Shown here piece by piece: positions 53,135 through 64,000 of a DNA stretch of 64,000 nt. This DNA comes from Octopus bimaculoides (taxonomy: Eukaryota), in the NCBI RefSeq assembly GCF_001194135.2, contig NC_068982.1, forward strand, positions 105,516,342 through 105,580,341. Reading direction: 5' to 3'. Position 1 is the stretch's first letter. Each line of letters opens with the position of its first letter. The translations under genes were made by a program, and so were the position numbers. The notes under the pieces are model-generated. The model saw only the letters and a list, made by a program, of their open reading frames with translations. It had not been told where the DNA came from and made no database searches.

Positions 53135-53644
53135 TACCCAATATTGGTTGTTGTCTTACCACCAGAGACTTCATCTTCAATGTATCAAGTGCAAATCAAC
53201 CTAACAGTTATCTCTCTATACAATATTGAAAATGTAGGTACAAAAAGAAGGCGAAGTGAAATGGCTTAATCAGGAGTTGAACCTGTATTCTGGATTTGGC
53301 TCACCAAAAGTTTGCCACTAATTCATGGCAAACTTTTCATATTTTAATTCATGGCAAACTTTTCATATTTTAATTCATGGCAAACTTTTCATATTTTAAT
53401 GATTGTACCAATCAGATCGGTACAATCATTAAAATATGTTTATGTAAACACCATGAATTAGTGGCAAACTTTTGGTGAGCCAAATCCAGAATACAGGTTC
53501 AACTCCTGATTAAGCCATTTCACTTCGCCTTCTTTTTGTACCTACATTTTCAATATTGTATAGAGAGATGACTGTGAGGTTGACTTGCACTTGATACATT
53601 GAAGATGAAGTCTCTGGTGGTAAGACAACAACCAATATTGGGTA
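53135..53644. repeat. ~510-bp fold-back inverted repeat in a DEAF1 intron
   Basis: tacccaatattggttg... mirrored by ...caaccaatattgggta; arms nearly identical; centre aatgattgtacc-aatcagatc-ggtacaatcatt. Confidence 0.95.
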
Positions 53645-53746
53645 TTATTAGTGAAGTGTCAAAGATGAACAACTGAGATTTATTTATGAAAATATATATA
53701 ATGAGAATGAATAAAAAAAAAAATTAAAATGAATTTAATTTTTCAC

Positions 53747-53850
53747 CTCTTCTAGTTGCCACCAATATTTTTGTTCTGATACATCCATTGATAATACATT
53801 AGGAATTGGTGCTTTTAAAGCATTTGTCAAAGATGTCATTACAACAGCAT
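53747..53850 (-). CDS. DEAF1: DEAF1 homolog internal exon
   Basis: tctttcag|AT acceptor and GAG|gtgaaa donor; DAVVMTSLTNALKAPIPNVLSMDVSEQKYWWQLEE (compare DEAF1 WLYLEE); phase 1-0. Confidence 0.88.
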
Positions 53851-55404
53851 CTGAAAGATCAGAAAATATATATTATGTATTTAAAGGAGTTGAACCTGTT
53901 TGGCAAGGGAACTGATCTGAGATCACGTGTTGTTAATTAAAAATATTACATTGTGATAAAACACATAACCACACTGTTATATTCACTTTTCATTTTGTAA
54001 TAGTAATATATTATTTGTAAGCAAAAATTTTCAATATACTTTTATATCCAAGTTACACACACACGTTCATACATATTTGTGTGTGTGCTGTATTAAAAGC
54101 ATGATTGCATTCTAGTTTTATCTTTCTTATTAAGGTTTCTTCCAAATTTTCTAGGAGTTCCTTTATTTGGATCAGTAACATTTCCAAATCATGTCCTTTC
54201 TTGACCCTTAAAGTCTTGTCTTCTGGCTTAAATTTTTTTTACTGGTTTCAATCATTGGACTGTGGTCATGCTAGGGCACCAGCTTTTTAAAGGCTGTAGT
54301 CAATCATACTGACCCAGTATGTATTTCAATCTGGCATTTACTTTAACAATCTATTAAACAACTCTTTTTGATGAGATTTAATGTTTGTCTCATGGCTCTT
54401 CCAAAAATCCAACCTTTGACCAAAGGTTGCTATTTTAGTTGTTAAACAGTCAAGTCATGTACAGATGGTACTGGTTTACATGATTGCAAGATGAGCAAGG
54501 CCAATTCAGCATACAGAGGGTTGAGAGTGTAAGTGTGGAAGAACAAACACATGAAGCTCAAGTACATAAGTATACTGAGCATTACGATTATCACTTTATT
54601 ATAAAGGTCAGAGATATGAATGGTAAAAATGCAAGTCAGACACTTTCAGGCAGGTTAGCATACACTTACAAGGCTAAAAACAACGAACACCAACACCCAC
54701 CACTTCATCCAGAAGATGAGACTGTGAAAGTCTAGAAATAGTGATTGATTTTTACAAACTGCATGGAACTCATACACAAATATGTAAAAAAGCCCTTAAA
54801 AAAATGAAACTAGAATGCAATTGCTTTAACACACACAGACGTTAGAGTTGTGAAGTTCATAGCTTTCGTGTCTGCAATCAAATTATAAATCATACTGGTC
54901 ATTGGTAGTTTGTGTGCAGGTTCACAGGTTTGGGGTTTGTTACTGAGCAGGAGATTTTTAATTTCAGTGTCAGTTTATGGTTTGTTGCAAGGCATTTTAT
55001 AAAAGTTTTCATGAATGTTTTTAAATAACTCATTTAACTACTCTGGCTTGTATTAATTTGATTCCTATAAAAAACTGTGTTCCACTATACATGTAGGTTA
55101 ATATCACACAACCAATGCATCCTGCTTACCTTATTTTTTCATAGCCTTAACAGATCTACATTCAGTGCCTATGTGACACTAACAAGTAGAATTAGTATCA
55201 TGCTTCAAACAATGTTTTTCTAAGCCCTTTGTCACCAATAAAAGTAACAGACCTGAATTTCTGAATTTCCTCAAAGGACTTCTTAATCAGATTAAGCCTC
55301 TGGAATTAATCTGCCCAGCCCTACAATATAAACCATCTCCATAAAGTTTATTTTATGAAATTAACAACACTTAATTATATATAAAATTGAAATGTACCAC
55401 TTAC

Positions 55405-55524
55405 CTCCAGTTACAAAGTTGCCTTGAGGATCTGTTGTAACTATGTGAACAGTTTCTCCATTTTCTGTATTATTCACACTAATGGGACGGCTAAGAGCAG
55501 GACCACTTGGTAATGTTACAACTA
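55405..55524 (-). CDS. DEAF1: DEAF1 homolog internal exon
   Basis: ttttctag|TA acceptor (tandem TAGTAG) and G|gtaagt donor; VVVTLPSGPALSRPISVNNTENGETVHIVTTDPQGNFVTG; phase 1-1, fits both neighbours. Confidence 0.85.
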
Positions 55525-57682
55525 CTAGAAAATTATACATACAAAATTGAAGGAAATAATAAAATCTTAGCTTAACAATTAAATAAAATAACAATAATTT
55601 TGGGAATTATTATGGAATATACATCACTAATACCCAACATCAATTTTCTCTCTTTATAAGTGTGAAAGCAAGCTAGTTAATTAAAATCTTCATTGGTACA
55701 GTATAGAATTGGTCTGGAAGTTGAGCACTGATGACAACAATGACAGAGACAATATTTAAATATGAGAGCCAAGACAAAACATCTATATTAATAGTGACTG
55801 AAGAGAGGAAGGGTAGATAAGATTCTTTAACTCTGGTATAAACAAAATATCTACAGCTGGTGACATGTTAAAATGCATCTAGTGTTTGGATAATGAAAGC
55901 TGGGATAGTAGCAGTAGAATTATAGAAGCCTAACTTTCAGTTACTTGAATACTATTGAAGGTTGTTAGGTTGTATTTCAAGTTATTGATGCAATGGTTGA
56001 TAATAGAAAGGGCATCCAACCATGTGGAAAATAACATAACATACACAATAGCAATTTGCCAGTTTTCTCTGTTGTGTATGCATGTACTACAAGAAGAAAA
56101 ACATGAAGTATGGTGAGATGCTGTGAGATCTGTCTAACTCCTGCTAGTCTGAAACAAACAAATGAAAAAGATGATGGTCGATGACTGGTGAAACTTATAC
56201 ACGCACCCTCCAAAAATCAAGGTATCAAATGTTTCAACTGCTTGTTTTACATTTTTGACAATTTATTTAATGTGAAGTCATGTGGGCTAATGGTTAGGGA
56301 GCTGCACTCATGATTCTAAGATTGTGAGTTTGATCCCCAGACCAGGTGGTGTGTTGTGTTCTTGAGCAAAACATTTCATTTCACATCACTCCAGTCCACT
56401 CAGCTGTAAATGAGCTCCAGCAAGAGCTGGAAAGTTAACCTTGCAACAGACCAATGTCCCACACAGGGGAAAGTGTTGAAACCCCAGTCACTTATATGCT
56501 ATGAAAATTGGATTAAGCTCTGGCCTTATGAGTCCTACAGCTCATGACAAACCGAAATACCAAGTATTTAAATATATTATTGATACTAATCTTATCTCAT
56601 GGTAATCTATGTCTTGTAGCATAAAACGCATAAGTTAATTGAACATTCTGGCATTTTGTACAATTCATCATCATCGTTTAACGTCCGCTTTCCATGCTAG
56701 CATGGGTTGGACGATTTGACTGAGGACTGGTGAACCGGAAGGCTGCACCAGGCTCCAATCTGATCTGGCAGAGTTTCTACAGCTGGATGCCTTTCCTAAC
56801 GCCAACCACTCCGAGAGTGTAGTGGGTGGTTCTATGTGCCACCGACACGAGGGCCAGTCACACGGTACTGGCAATGGCCACACTCAAAATGGTGTTTTTT
56901 ACATGCCACCTGCACGGGAGCCAGTCCAGCGGCACTGGCAACAATGTTGCTCGAATGATTTTCTAACGTGCCAGAAAGGCAACGCTGGTAACGATCATGC
57001 TCAAATGGTGCTATTTATGTGCCACTAGCATGGAAGCCAGACAGCTGCTCTGGCAATGATCATGCTCCACTGGCACAGGTGCCGGTCATCGAATATGGTT
57101 CAGTAACGATTTTAATTTCACTTGCCCCAACAGGTCTTTGCAAGCAGAGTTTAGTGTCCAATGAAGGAGAGGTTGGCAAGGGTGCCAGTCGTTGAATTTG
57201 GTTTGATTTCGATTTCAATAATTCACTTGCCTCAACAGGTCTTCGCAAGCAGAGTTTAGTGTCCAATGAAGTAAAGATACAAATAAGTGAGCTGGCTACA
57301 CTTCTGGCAGAGGCCATAGATTATTTTCAGAATACATGACAAGTGTAAGTGTTCAGTCTATGTTCAGTGGGCTGCATCAGGATAACTTGGTTCTCTGAAT
57401 TATTCAAGATACTGTTTCACTTGAAAAACTGTTTACAATGTAATTAGCACTTTAGTACAATTAGGAGGGCAATATTTTTCATCAAGCTCTTGCTCTATGA
57501 TTAATCCTCAACATAGAAACCCTTCAGTATAATTTTTTCTTTTTCAGAGGGCTATGAAAATAACTAGAAAAACAAAGGCATAACAACACAGTAGAGAAAA
57601 TTAAAAAAAAACAAAACAGATAAATTCAATTATATCTTGTTTAAAGCTAAAGAAAAACAAGACAAGAAAATGTAATATTAAC

Positions 57683-57809
57683 CTTCTTTAGACATTCCAG
57701 AAGGCACTATAGATTTCGTCTCACCAGTCCTTTTCTTCATTGTTGGAGATCCATTTTCATTGTCTCTCTTTCGCCGTTTGTATGGTACAAACAAGCGAAC
57801 AGGCCCCGT
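57683..57809 (-). CDS. DEAF1: DEAF1 homolog exon with NLS
   Basis: tttacag|ACG acceptor and G|gttaat donor; TGPVRLFVPYKRRKRDNENGSPTMKKRTGETKSIVPSGMSKE (matches DEAF1 GPVRLFVPYKRRK); phase 0-1. Confidence 0.95.
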
Positions 57810-58005
57810 CTGTAAAAATATAAAGATTATTATAAAGAAATGTATGAAATAAAAGTATTAAAAACAAATTTCACCAACAATTTTATAGTTTCAATAATTT
57901 CTTTTATGTGATGAAAAATGTATTCAAGAGAAGCACCAAATCATTAAATAAGTCACAAACTATTATGGACATACAAATTATTTAAGTAGTTATGCTTCAA
58001 CTATA

Positions 58006-58477
58006 CAAGGTGTGTTCAAAAGGCATCCAACTAGTTGTTCCCACCAAAATTAATGCTGCATAGGCAAAATCCATTGGATGGGAGGTAATGCCACCCTTCT
58101 TGTGTGTACGTGAACATTTTCATGTTGGAAGGTCACATCAGTTCCTGGCTGTTGAGTATAGACATGTTGTGTGTGCTTGTCAGATTTGCATTTTCACACA
58201 AGATAACTGAAAGCAGCAAGTAGAATAATGCATCGTCTTTCCAAAAGCTTGGTGATACTCAAGCTTAAACCATCCAGAAGATTCAGGCCTTTGGTGACGA
58301 TGCCAGAGGAAATTTTGAGAAAAGCAACACCAGAGCTCCATAGCATCCCAGATGTGCTACCAGCAATGACAGAACTGCTGAGAGAAGTGTGTGAAAGTAT
58401 TTTGAAGATGATTAAATAAAATTTGTGAAATGTACAAAATTGTCTTTTTTATGCCTAAGAGTTTTGAACACATCACG
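58006..58477 (+). mobile_element. mariner deletion derivative
   Basis: TA-flanked TIRs caaggtgtgttcaaaa / ttttgaacacatcacg; internal remnant resembling a transposase N-terminus (FQKLGDT...). Confidence 0.75.
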
Positions 58478-59885
58478 TATTTTCCTATCATCATTGTTTA
58501 ACGTCCGCTTTCCATGCTAGCATGAGTTGGACAATTTGACTGAGGACTGGTGAAACCAGATGGCTACACCAGGCTCCAATCTGATTTGGCAGAGTTTCTA
58601 CAGCTGGATGCCCTTCTTAACGCCAACCACTCTGAGAGTGTAGTGGGTGCTTTTACGTGCCACCGGTACGAAGGCCAGTCAGGCAGTACTGGCAACGGCC
58701 ACGCTCAAAATGGTGTATTTTACGTGCCACCTGCACAGGAGCCAGTTCGGCGGCACTGGCAACGATCTCGCTCGAATGTCTTTATACATGCCATCTGGCA
58801 CAAGTGCCAGGAAGGCGATGCTGGGCACAGGTGCCATGACGATTTCCTATGTTCTTCAAAATTCTAGTGAATCCCAATTTATTATAATGCTGATTTTTTA
58901 TTCAGTTAAATGAGTATTGTAGCGTAGTTACTCATTGCCAATTATTGTAGTATTGCCAATATTTATGATGAACTTGTTTACACTATAACCATGCAGTAAC
59001 AATAAAATATACAACGAAGCAGGATAACAACAATGTAACAATCCAACAAATTTTCCACGAACTATACACAAACAAACTAATGATATTCTGACAAACTACC
59101 AAAACGACACCTTACAACTTCCAGCAATTAACACCTACTCTCCCTTTCTCACTCAAACCACCACTATTTATAGTCATTCGGTCAAGTCTATTCTTGTAGG
59201 GGGTGTCATGACTCTTGCCACAATAGAGACTGAGATTAAACTTGACTTAGTCTAGCATTATTATGTCATCAGTATTTTTTCAAGTAGGAAGTTACAATTT
59301 AAGATATTTTCTAAATTTAGCAAGATGAATTTGTGAGAGACTTCATTCTAGATTTAGCAGATTGGTAAACTCATTTATTAGAAAAAGGTTATATGTTTGA
59401 CTAAATTGCTTTCCATAATTGCTCAATCCCTCAATTTTCTGAATTCAAGTTTCATTAGTGAAGCTTGTATTCACCCAGCCTTATTAATGAAATTGGGTTA
59501 TTTTAACCAGTAGTAATGAATGATAACCTTTAATAGTATTTAACCCTTTTGTGACCATATTTCTAATAAAATTGTTTAACTACTTTAGAAATAATCAAGA
59601 ACTTGGAGGGGTTTAATAAAATAACTGAGTTTTCATTATTAATCTGGTATTTTCAACATTAATTACAAAATAACTCTACTTTATCTTTTCCATAACACTA
59701 CCATCCCAACGTCCATTATCCAAACAAAGCTAAGTACAATTAGATTAAACAAAAAGTCAACATCATTTCTTTCATAATTTAATTTGGTCTTACAATGGTA
59801 CTTCTAGGTATCCAACAAGAAGCACAAAATAAGATATTTATTTTACAGAAAGCCATAGTAAACAAAATTAACAAAATCAACATAC

Positions 59886-60091
59886 GACGGATTCATCATC
59901 ACAGCAGGCTGCACATGTACAAGAAGTAGCATGTGCTCGGAGAATGCCATCTTCAATTAAGCACTGTAGAGTTCGGCCACCATATCGGATACTGCGTTTC
60001 CAGTCTTTACTGCTGGCACGACCACAAAAGGTTTCAAACTCATTTGGAGTGAACCACTGTTCAGAACTTTTTATACATTTTCCACGACCAC
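59886..60091 (-). CDS. DEAF1: DEAF1 homolog exon, SAND domain
   Basis: ttttcag|GT acceptor and GTC|gtatgt donor; [69 protein letters not shown] with KDWK motif and the DEAF1-specific [13 protein letters not shown]; earlier exons not identified in the window. Confidence 0.97.
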
Positions 60092-60399
60092 CTGAAAATT
60101 AGAGATTATACATTTGATACATTGCAACATTATTTTAAACAAGGGAGAAGAAATTTGCAAGGCCTAAAGTTCTATGAAATTATATAGGTTAATATATCAG
60201 GACATAACATGAAGGAGGAATGATAACCTATAAAAGGACCTGATAGAAAGTTTCCTTTCTATAGTTACATTAAAATAATTTTGACTGCAGAATCTCAGGA
60301 GAGTCTATGAAGATTTAAATTCACAATAATCTAATTCTTAATCATGTCTGATAACAATTCTTTATCATCAACTTAGGTTTTAATTTAAATAACCTTTGC

Positions 60400-61864
60400 A
60401 GCACAGGAGCTAGTCCAGCGGCCCTGGCAATGACCTCACTCGAATGTTGTTTTTCATGTGCTACTAGTAACGATCATGCTCGAATGGTGGTTTTTACGTG
60501 CCACTGGTACGGGGGCCAGTCAGCGGCCCTGGCAATGATCATGCTCGAATGGGGCTTTTAGTGCTCCACTAGCATGGATGTCAGTCATGCGGTGCTGTCA
60601 TCGAATTTAATTTCGATTTCACTTGCCTCAACAGGTCTTCGCAAGCAGAATTTGGTGTCCAATGAAGGAAAGGTACGTCCAAGTGGGCTGGTTACACCAC
60701 TGGCATAGGCCATGGGTTATGGTCTCACTTGGCTTGCCGGGTCTTCTCAAGCACAGCATATTTCCAAAGATCTCGGTCACTAGTTATTGCCTATGTTCGA
60801 AGGTTGAGCTTCACCACCTCATCCCAGGTCTTCCTGGGTTTACCTCTTCCACAGGTTCCCTCAGCCACTAGGGTGTGACACTTTTTCACACAGCTATCCT
60901 CATCCATTCGCACCACATGACCATACTAGTGCAATCGTTTCTCTTGCACACCACAACTGGTGCTTCTTAGGTTCAACTTTTCTCTCAAAGTACTTACACT
61001 CTGTCAAGTATGCACACTGACATTACACAAAACCATCGGAGCATACTGGCTTCATTTCTTGCAAGCTTACGCATGTCCTTAGCAGTCATGGCCCATGTTT
61101 CACTACCATGTAGCATGGCTGTTCGTACACATGCGTCACACAGTCTACCTTTTACTCTGAGCGAGAGACCCTTTGTCACCAGCAGAGGTAGGAGCCCTCT
61201 GAACTTTGCCCAGGTTATTCTTATTCTAGCAGCTACACTTTCAGAGCACCCAACCCCTGCTACTGACTTGGGTCACCTAGGTAACAGAAACTGTCAACTA
61301 CTTCTAGTTTTTCTCCCAGGAATGTGGCAGAAGTTGCTCTCTGCACATTTTCAGTCTTTAGTGCTCCTGAGCATCTGCCACATACAAAAACTATCTTCCC
61401 AGTTAGCGTTCCTTTGATATTGCTGCACCTCTTATGTGTCCATAGTGTACACTGGGTACATCTTATACAATTTCTACCTATGCCTTTTCTACAGATCGAG
61501 CAAGGCCATCTACCTGAAAGGATTTGTGGTTTGTCTGCCTTCCTACTTATTAGGACTTTGGTTTTAGCTAGGTTGACTCTAAGGCCCTTTGATTCTAATC
61601 CTTGTTTCCACATCTGAAACTTCTTGTCTAGTTCTGATAGTGACTCAGCAATTAGAGCAAGGTCATCAGCATAGAGGAGCTCCCAGGGGCATCCTATCTT
61701 GAAGTCCTCTGTTATTGCCTGGAGGACTATGATAAATAGGAGGAGGCTGAGGACCGAACCTTAGTGGATTCCTACCTCTAGCCGGAATTCTTCACTGTAC
61801 TTGTTGCCAACCCTCACCTTACTGACAGCGTCCCTGTACATGGCTTGCAAAGCTCTCTATAAGC
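60400..61864 (-). mobile_element. 5'-truncated RTE-clade LINE (RT to 3' UTR) in a DEAF1 intron
   Basis: QAMYRDAVSKVRVG, GSVLSLLLFIIVL, WELLYADDLALIAES, GLRVNLAKTKV, LLPLLVTKGLSLRVKGRLCDACVRTAMLHGSETW, with stops and frameshifts. Confidence 0.93.
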
Positions 61865-62450
61865 ATATATATATATATATATANNNNNNNNNNNNNNNNN
61901 NNNNNNNNNNNNNNNNNNNNNNNNNNNNNNNNNNNNNNNNNNNNNNNNNNNNNNNNNNNNNNNNNNNNNNNNNNNNNNNNNNNNNNNNNNNNNNNNNNNN
62001 NNNNNNNNNNNNNNNNNNNNNNNNNNNNNNNNNNNNNNNNNNNNNNNNNNNNNNNNNNNNNNNNNNNNNNNNNNNNNNNNNNNNNNNNNNNNNNNNNNNN
62101 NNNNNNNNNNNNNNNNNNNNNNNNNNNNNNNNNNNNNNNNNNNNNNNNNNNNNNNNNNNNNNNNNNNNNNNNNNNNNNNNNNNNNNNNNNNNNNNNNNNN
62201 NNNNNNNNNNNNNNNNNNNNNNNNNNNNNNNNNNNNNNNNNNNNNNNNNNNNNNNNNNNNNNNNNNNNNNNNNNNNNNNNNNNNNNNNNNNNNNNNNNNN
62301 NNNNNNNNNNNNNNNNNNNNNNNNNNNNNNNNNNNNNNNNNNNNNNNNNNNNNNNNNNNNNNNNNNNNNNNNNNNNNNNNNNNNNNNNNNNTATATATAT
62401 ATATATATATATATGCTTATTGAGAGCTGTGCAAGCCATGTACAGGGACA

Positions 62451-63166
62451 TAAAATATGGCACCGTATAACAAAAGCATATATATATGCTTTCAGTGCGA
62501 ATGGCTTTGTTATACGGTGCCATATTTTACAATGCTGTAAATAATAATAATGGTATTTTTATATAAGCTTATGCTGTTCACCGTGCAATGACTAAGGAAA
62601 ATAGTCAAATGATGGGACATATAAGCCCTCGAGAGAAAAAAGAAGGCTTATCCATCCACGTGGGACATGAGCCCACATCCCCTTGTTAACATGACTAAGT
62701 GTGTTACCTTTACACACGGATGGGAAAGCCTTCTTTTGTCTGTTGAGGGCTTATATGCCTTGTTATTAGACTATTTTCCTTAGTCATTGCACGGTGTACA
62801 CCATAAACTTTAAGCTTATATAAAAATACCATTATTATTATTTACAGGAATGTAAAATACAGCACCATACAACAAAGCCATTTGCACCAAAAGCATATAT
62901 ATATATATATAGCAATAAGAAAATGGAAGGGAATATGTGGTACTCATCATCTTGCAGACATTGTATTATATTAATTTACCTGTTTATTTTTCAACTAAGA
63001 GGACAATAAAAAACAATATACAAACACATATGACATATGTCACATGTGTTTGTATATTGTTTTTATTGTCCTCTTAGTTGAAAAATAATCAGGTAAATTG
63101 ACAGAATACAATCTGTGCAAGTTGATGAGTACCACATATTCCCCTCCATTTTCTTATTGCTATATA
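62451..63166. repeat. chain of palindromes separated by (TA)n
   Basis: Hairpins at 62451-62529, 62488-62894 and 62906-63166. Confidence 0.9.
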
Positions 63167-64000
63167 AATTAAGGGTAAAATTTCATCTTACCCGCACCCA
63201 TTTATTGCACTTGGTAAAAACACTAGTGTAATAGTAATTGGGTATCCTTCCGGCAGTATATTGGATAAATATTATCCCTTAGTGGGTTGGATTCACAACC
63301 CCTAACTTTCTTGGATTATATATATATATATATATATATATATGATCGTTGCCAGTGCCCCTGGACTGGCTCTTGTGCGGGTGGCACATAAAAGACACCA
63401 TTTCGAGCGTGGCCGTTGCCAGTACCGCCTGACTGGCCTTCGTGCGGGTGACACGTAAAAGCACCCACTACACTCTCTGAGTGGTTGGCGTTAGGAAAGG
63501 CATCCAGCTGTAGAAACTCTGCCAAATTAGATTGGAGCCTGGTGTTGCCATCCAGTTTCACCAGTCCTCAGTCAAATCGTTCAACCCTTGCTAGCATGGA
63601 AAGCGGACGTTAAACGACGATGATGATGATGATGATATATACACACACACATCTCTCTCTATATATATATCCATATACTATTCATATAAATACAGTGTAC
63701 ATTTAAATACACTGTATTTATATGAATAATATATAGTCTATTGACTAATTTTTCTACACACGAGACCACTGGTAGTAAAAAATTTCTAAAATTTTTCCTT
63801 ACCCTGATATTATTAATTATATATCCATATATATAGGTGGATATATATATATATACCAGGTGACCTGCCCAGTAATTCCTGGGAAGGTGGGCTTATCCCT
63901 TGGTTCCATTCTCAAAATTGTTTCGCTAATCCAGTAACAATACAAAGTATGTAGCCCTTAAAACGGTTTTTGTGTATCTATTGAGAATACTGAACTGTCT

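Noticed and set aside
54484-54735. 83-aa plus-strand ORF inside a DEAF1 intron
   Set aside because: Non-ATG start, no recognisable motif and no supporting splice structure.

Overview
AT-rich, microsatellite- and SINE-dense animal genomic DNA with seven N-gaps. The repeat content resembles a coleoid cephalopod such as Octopus (inference). Two spliced genes are well supported and arranged convergently. On the + strand are the last five coding exons of a TspanC8 (TSPAN33/5/14-like) tetraspanin (688-20074). On the - strand are six coding exons of a DEAF1 homolog (60091-46044), which has a SAND domain and coiled coil but reaches a stop without a visible MYND finger. The rest is RTE and CR1 LINE fragments, tRNA-derived SINEs, and piggyBac, hAT and mariner MITEs. 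Highlights: (1) a type I hammerhead ribozyme fold with intact core at 27018-27109, plus a more decayed one beside Penelope-like remnants at about 12 kb; (2) a phase-consistent chain of small minus-strand candidate exons between the two genes, possibly an unannotated gene or a long DEAF1 isoform; (3) many long fold-back palindromes in DEAF1 introns, several anchored on (TA)n tracts. Repeat boundaries are approximate; exon boundaries were read base by base.
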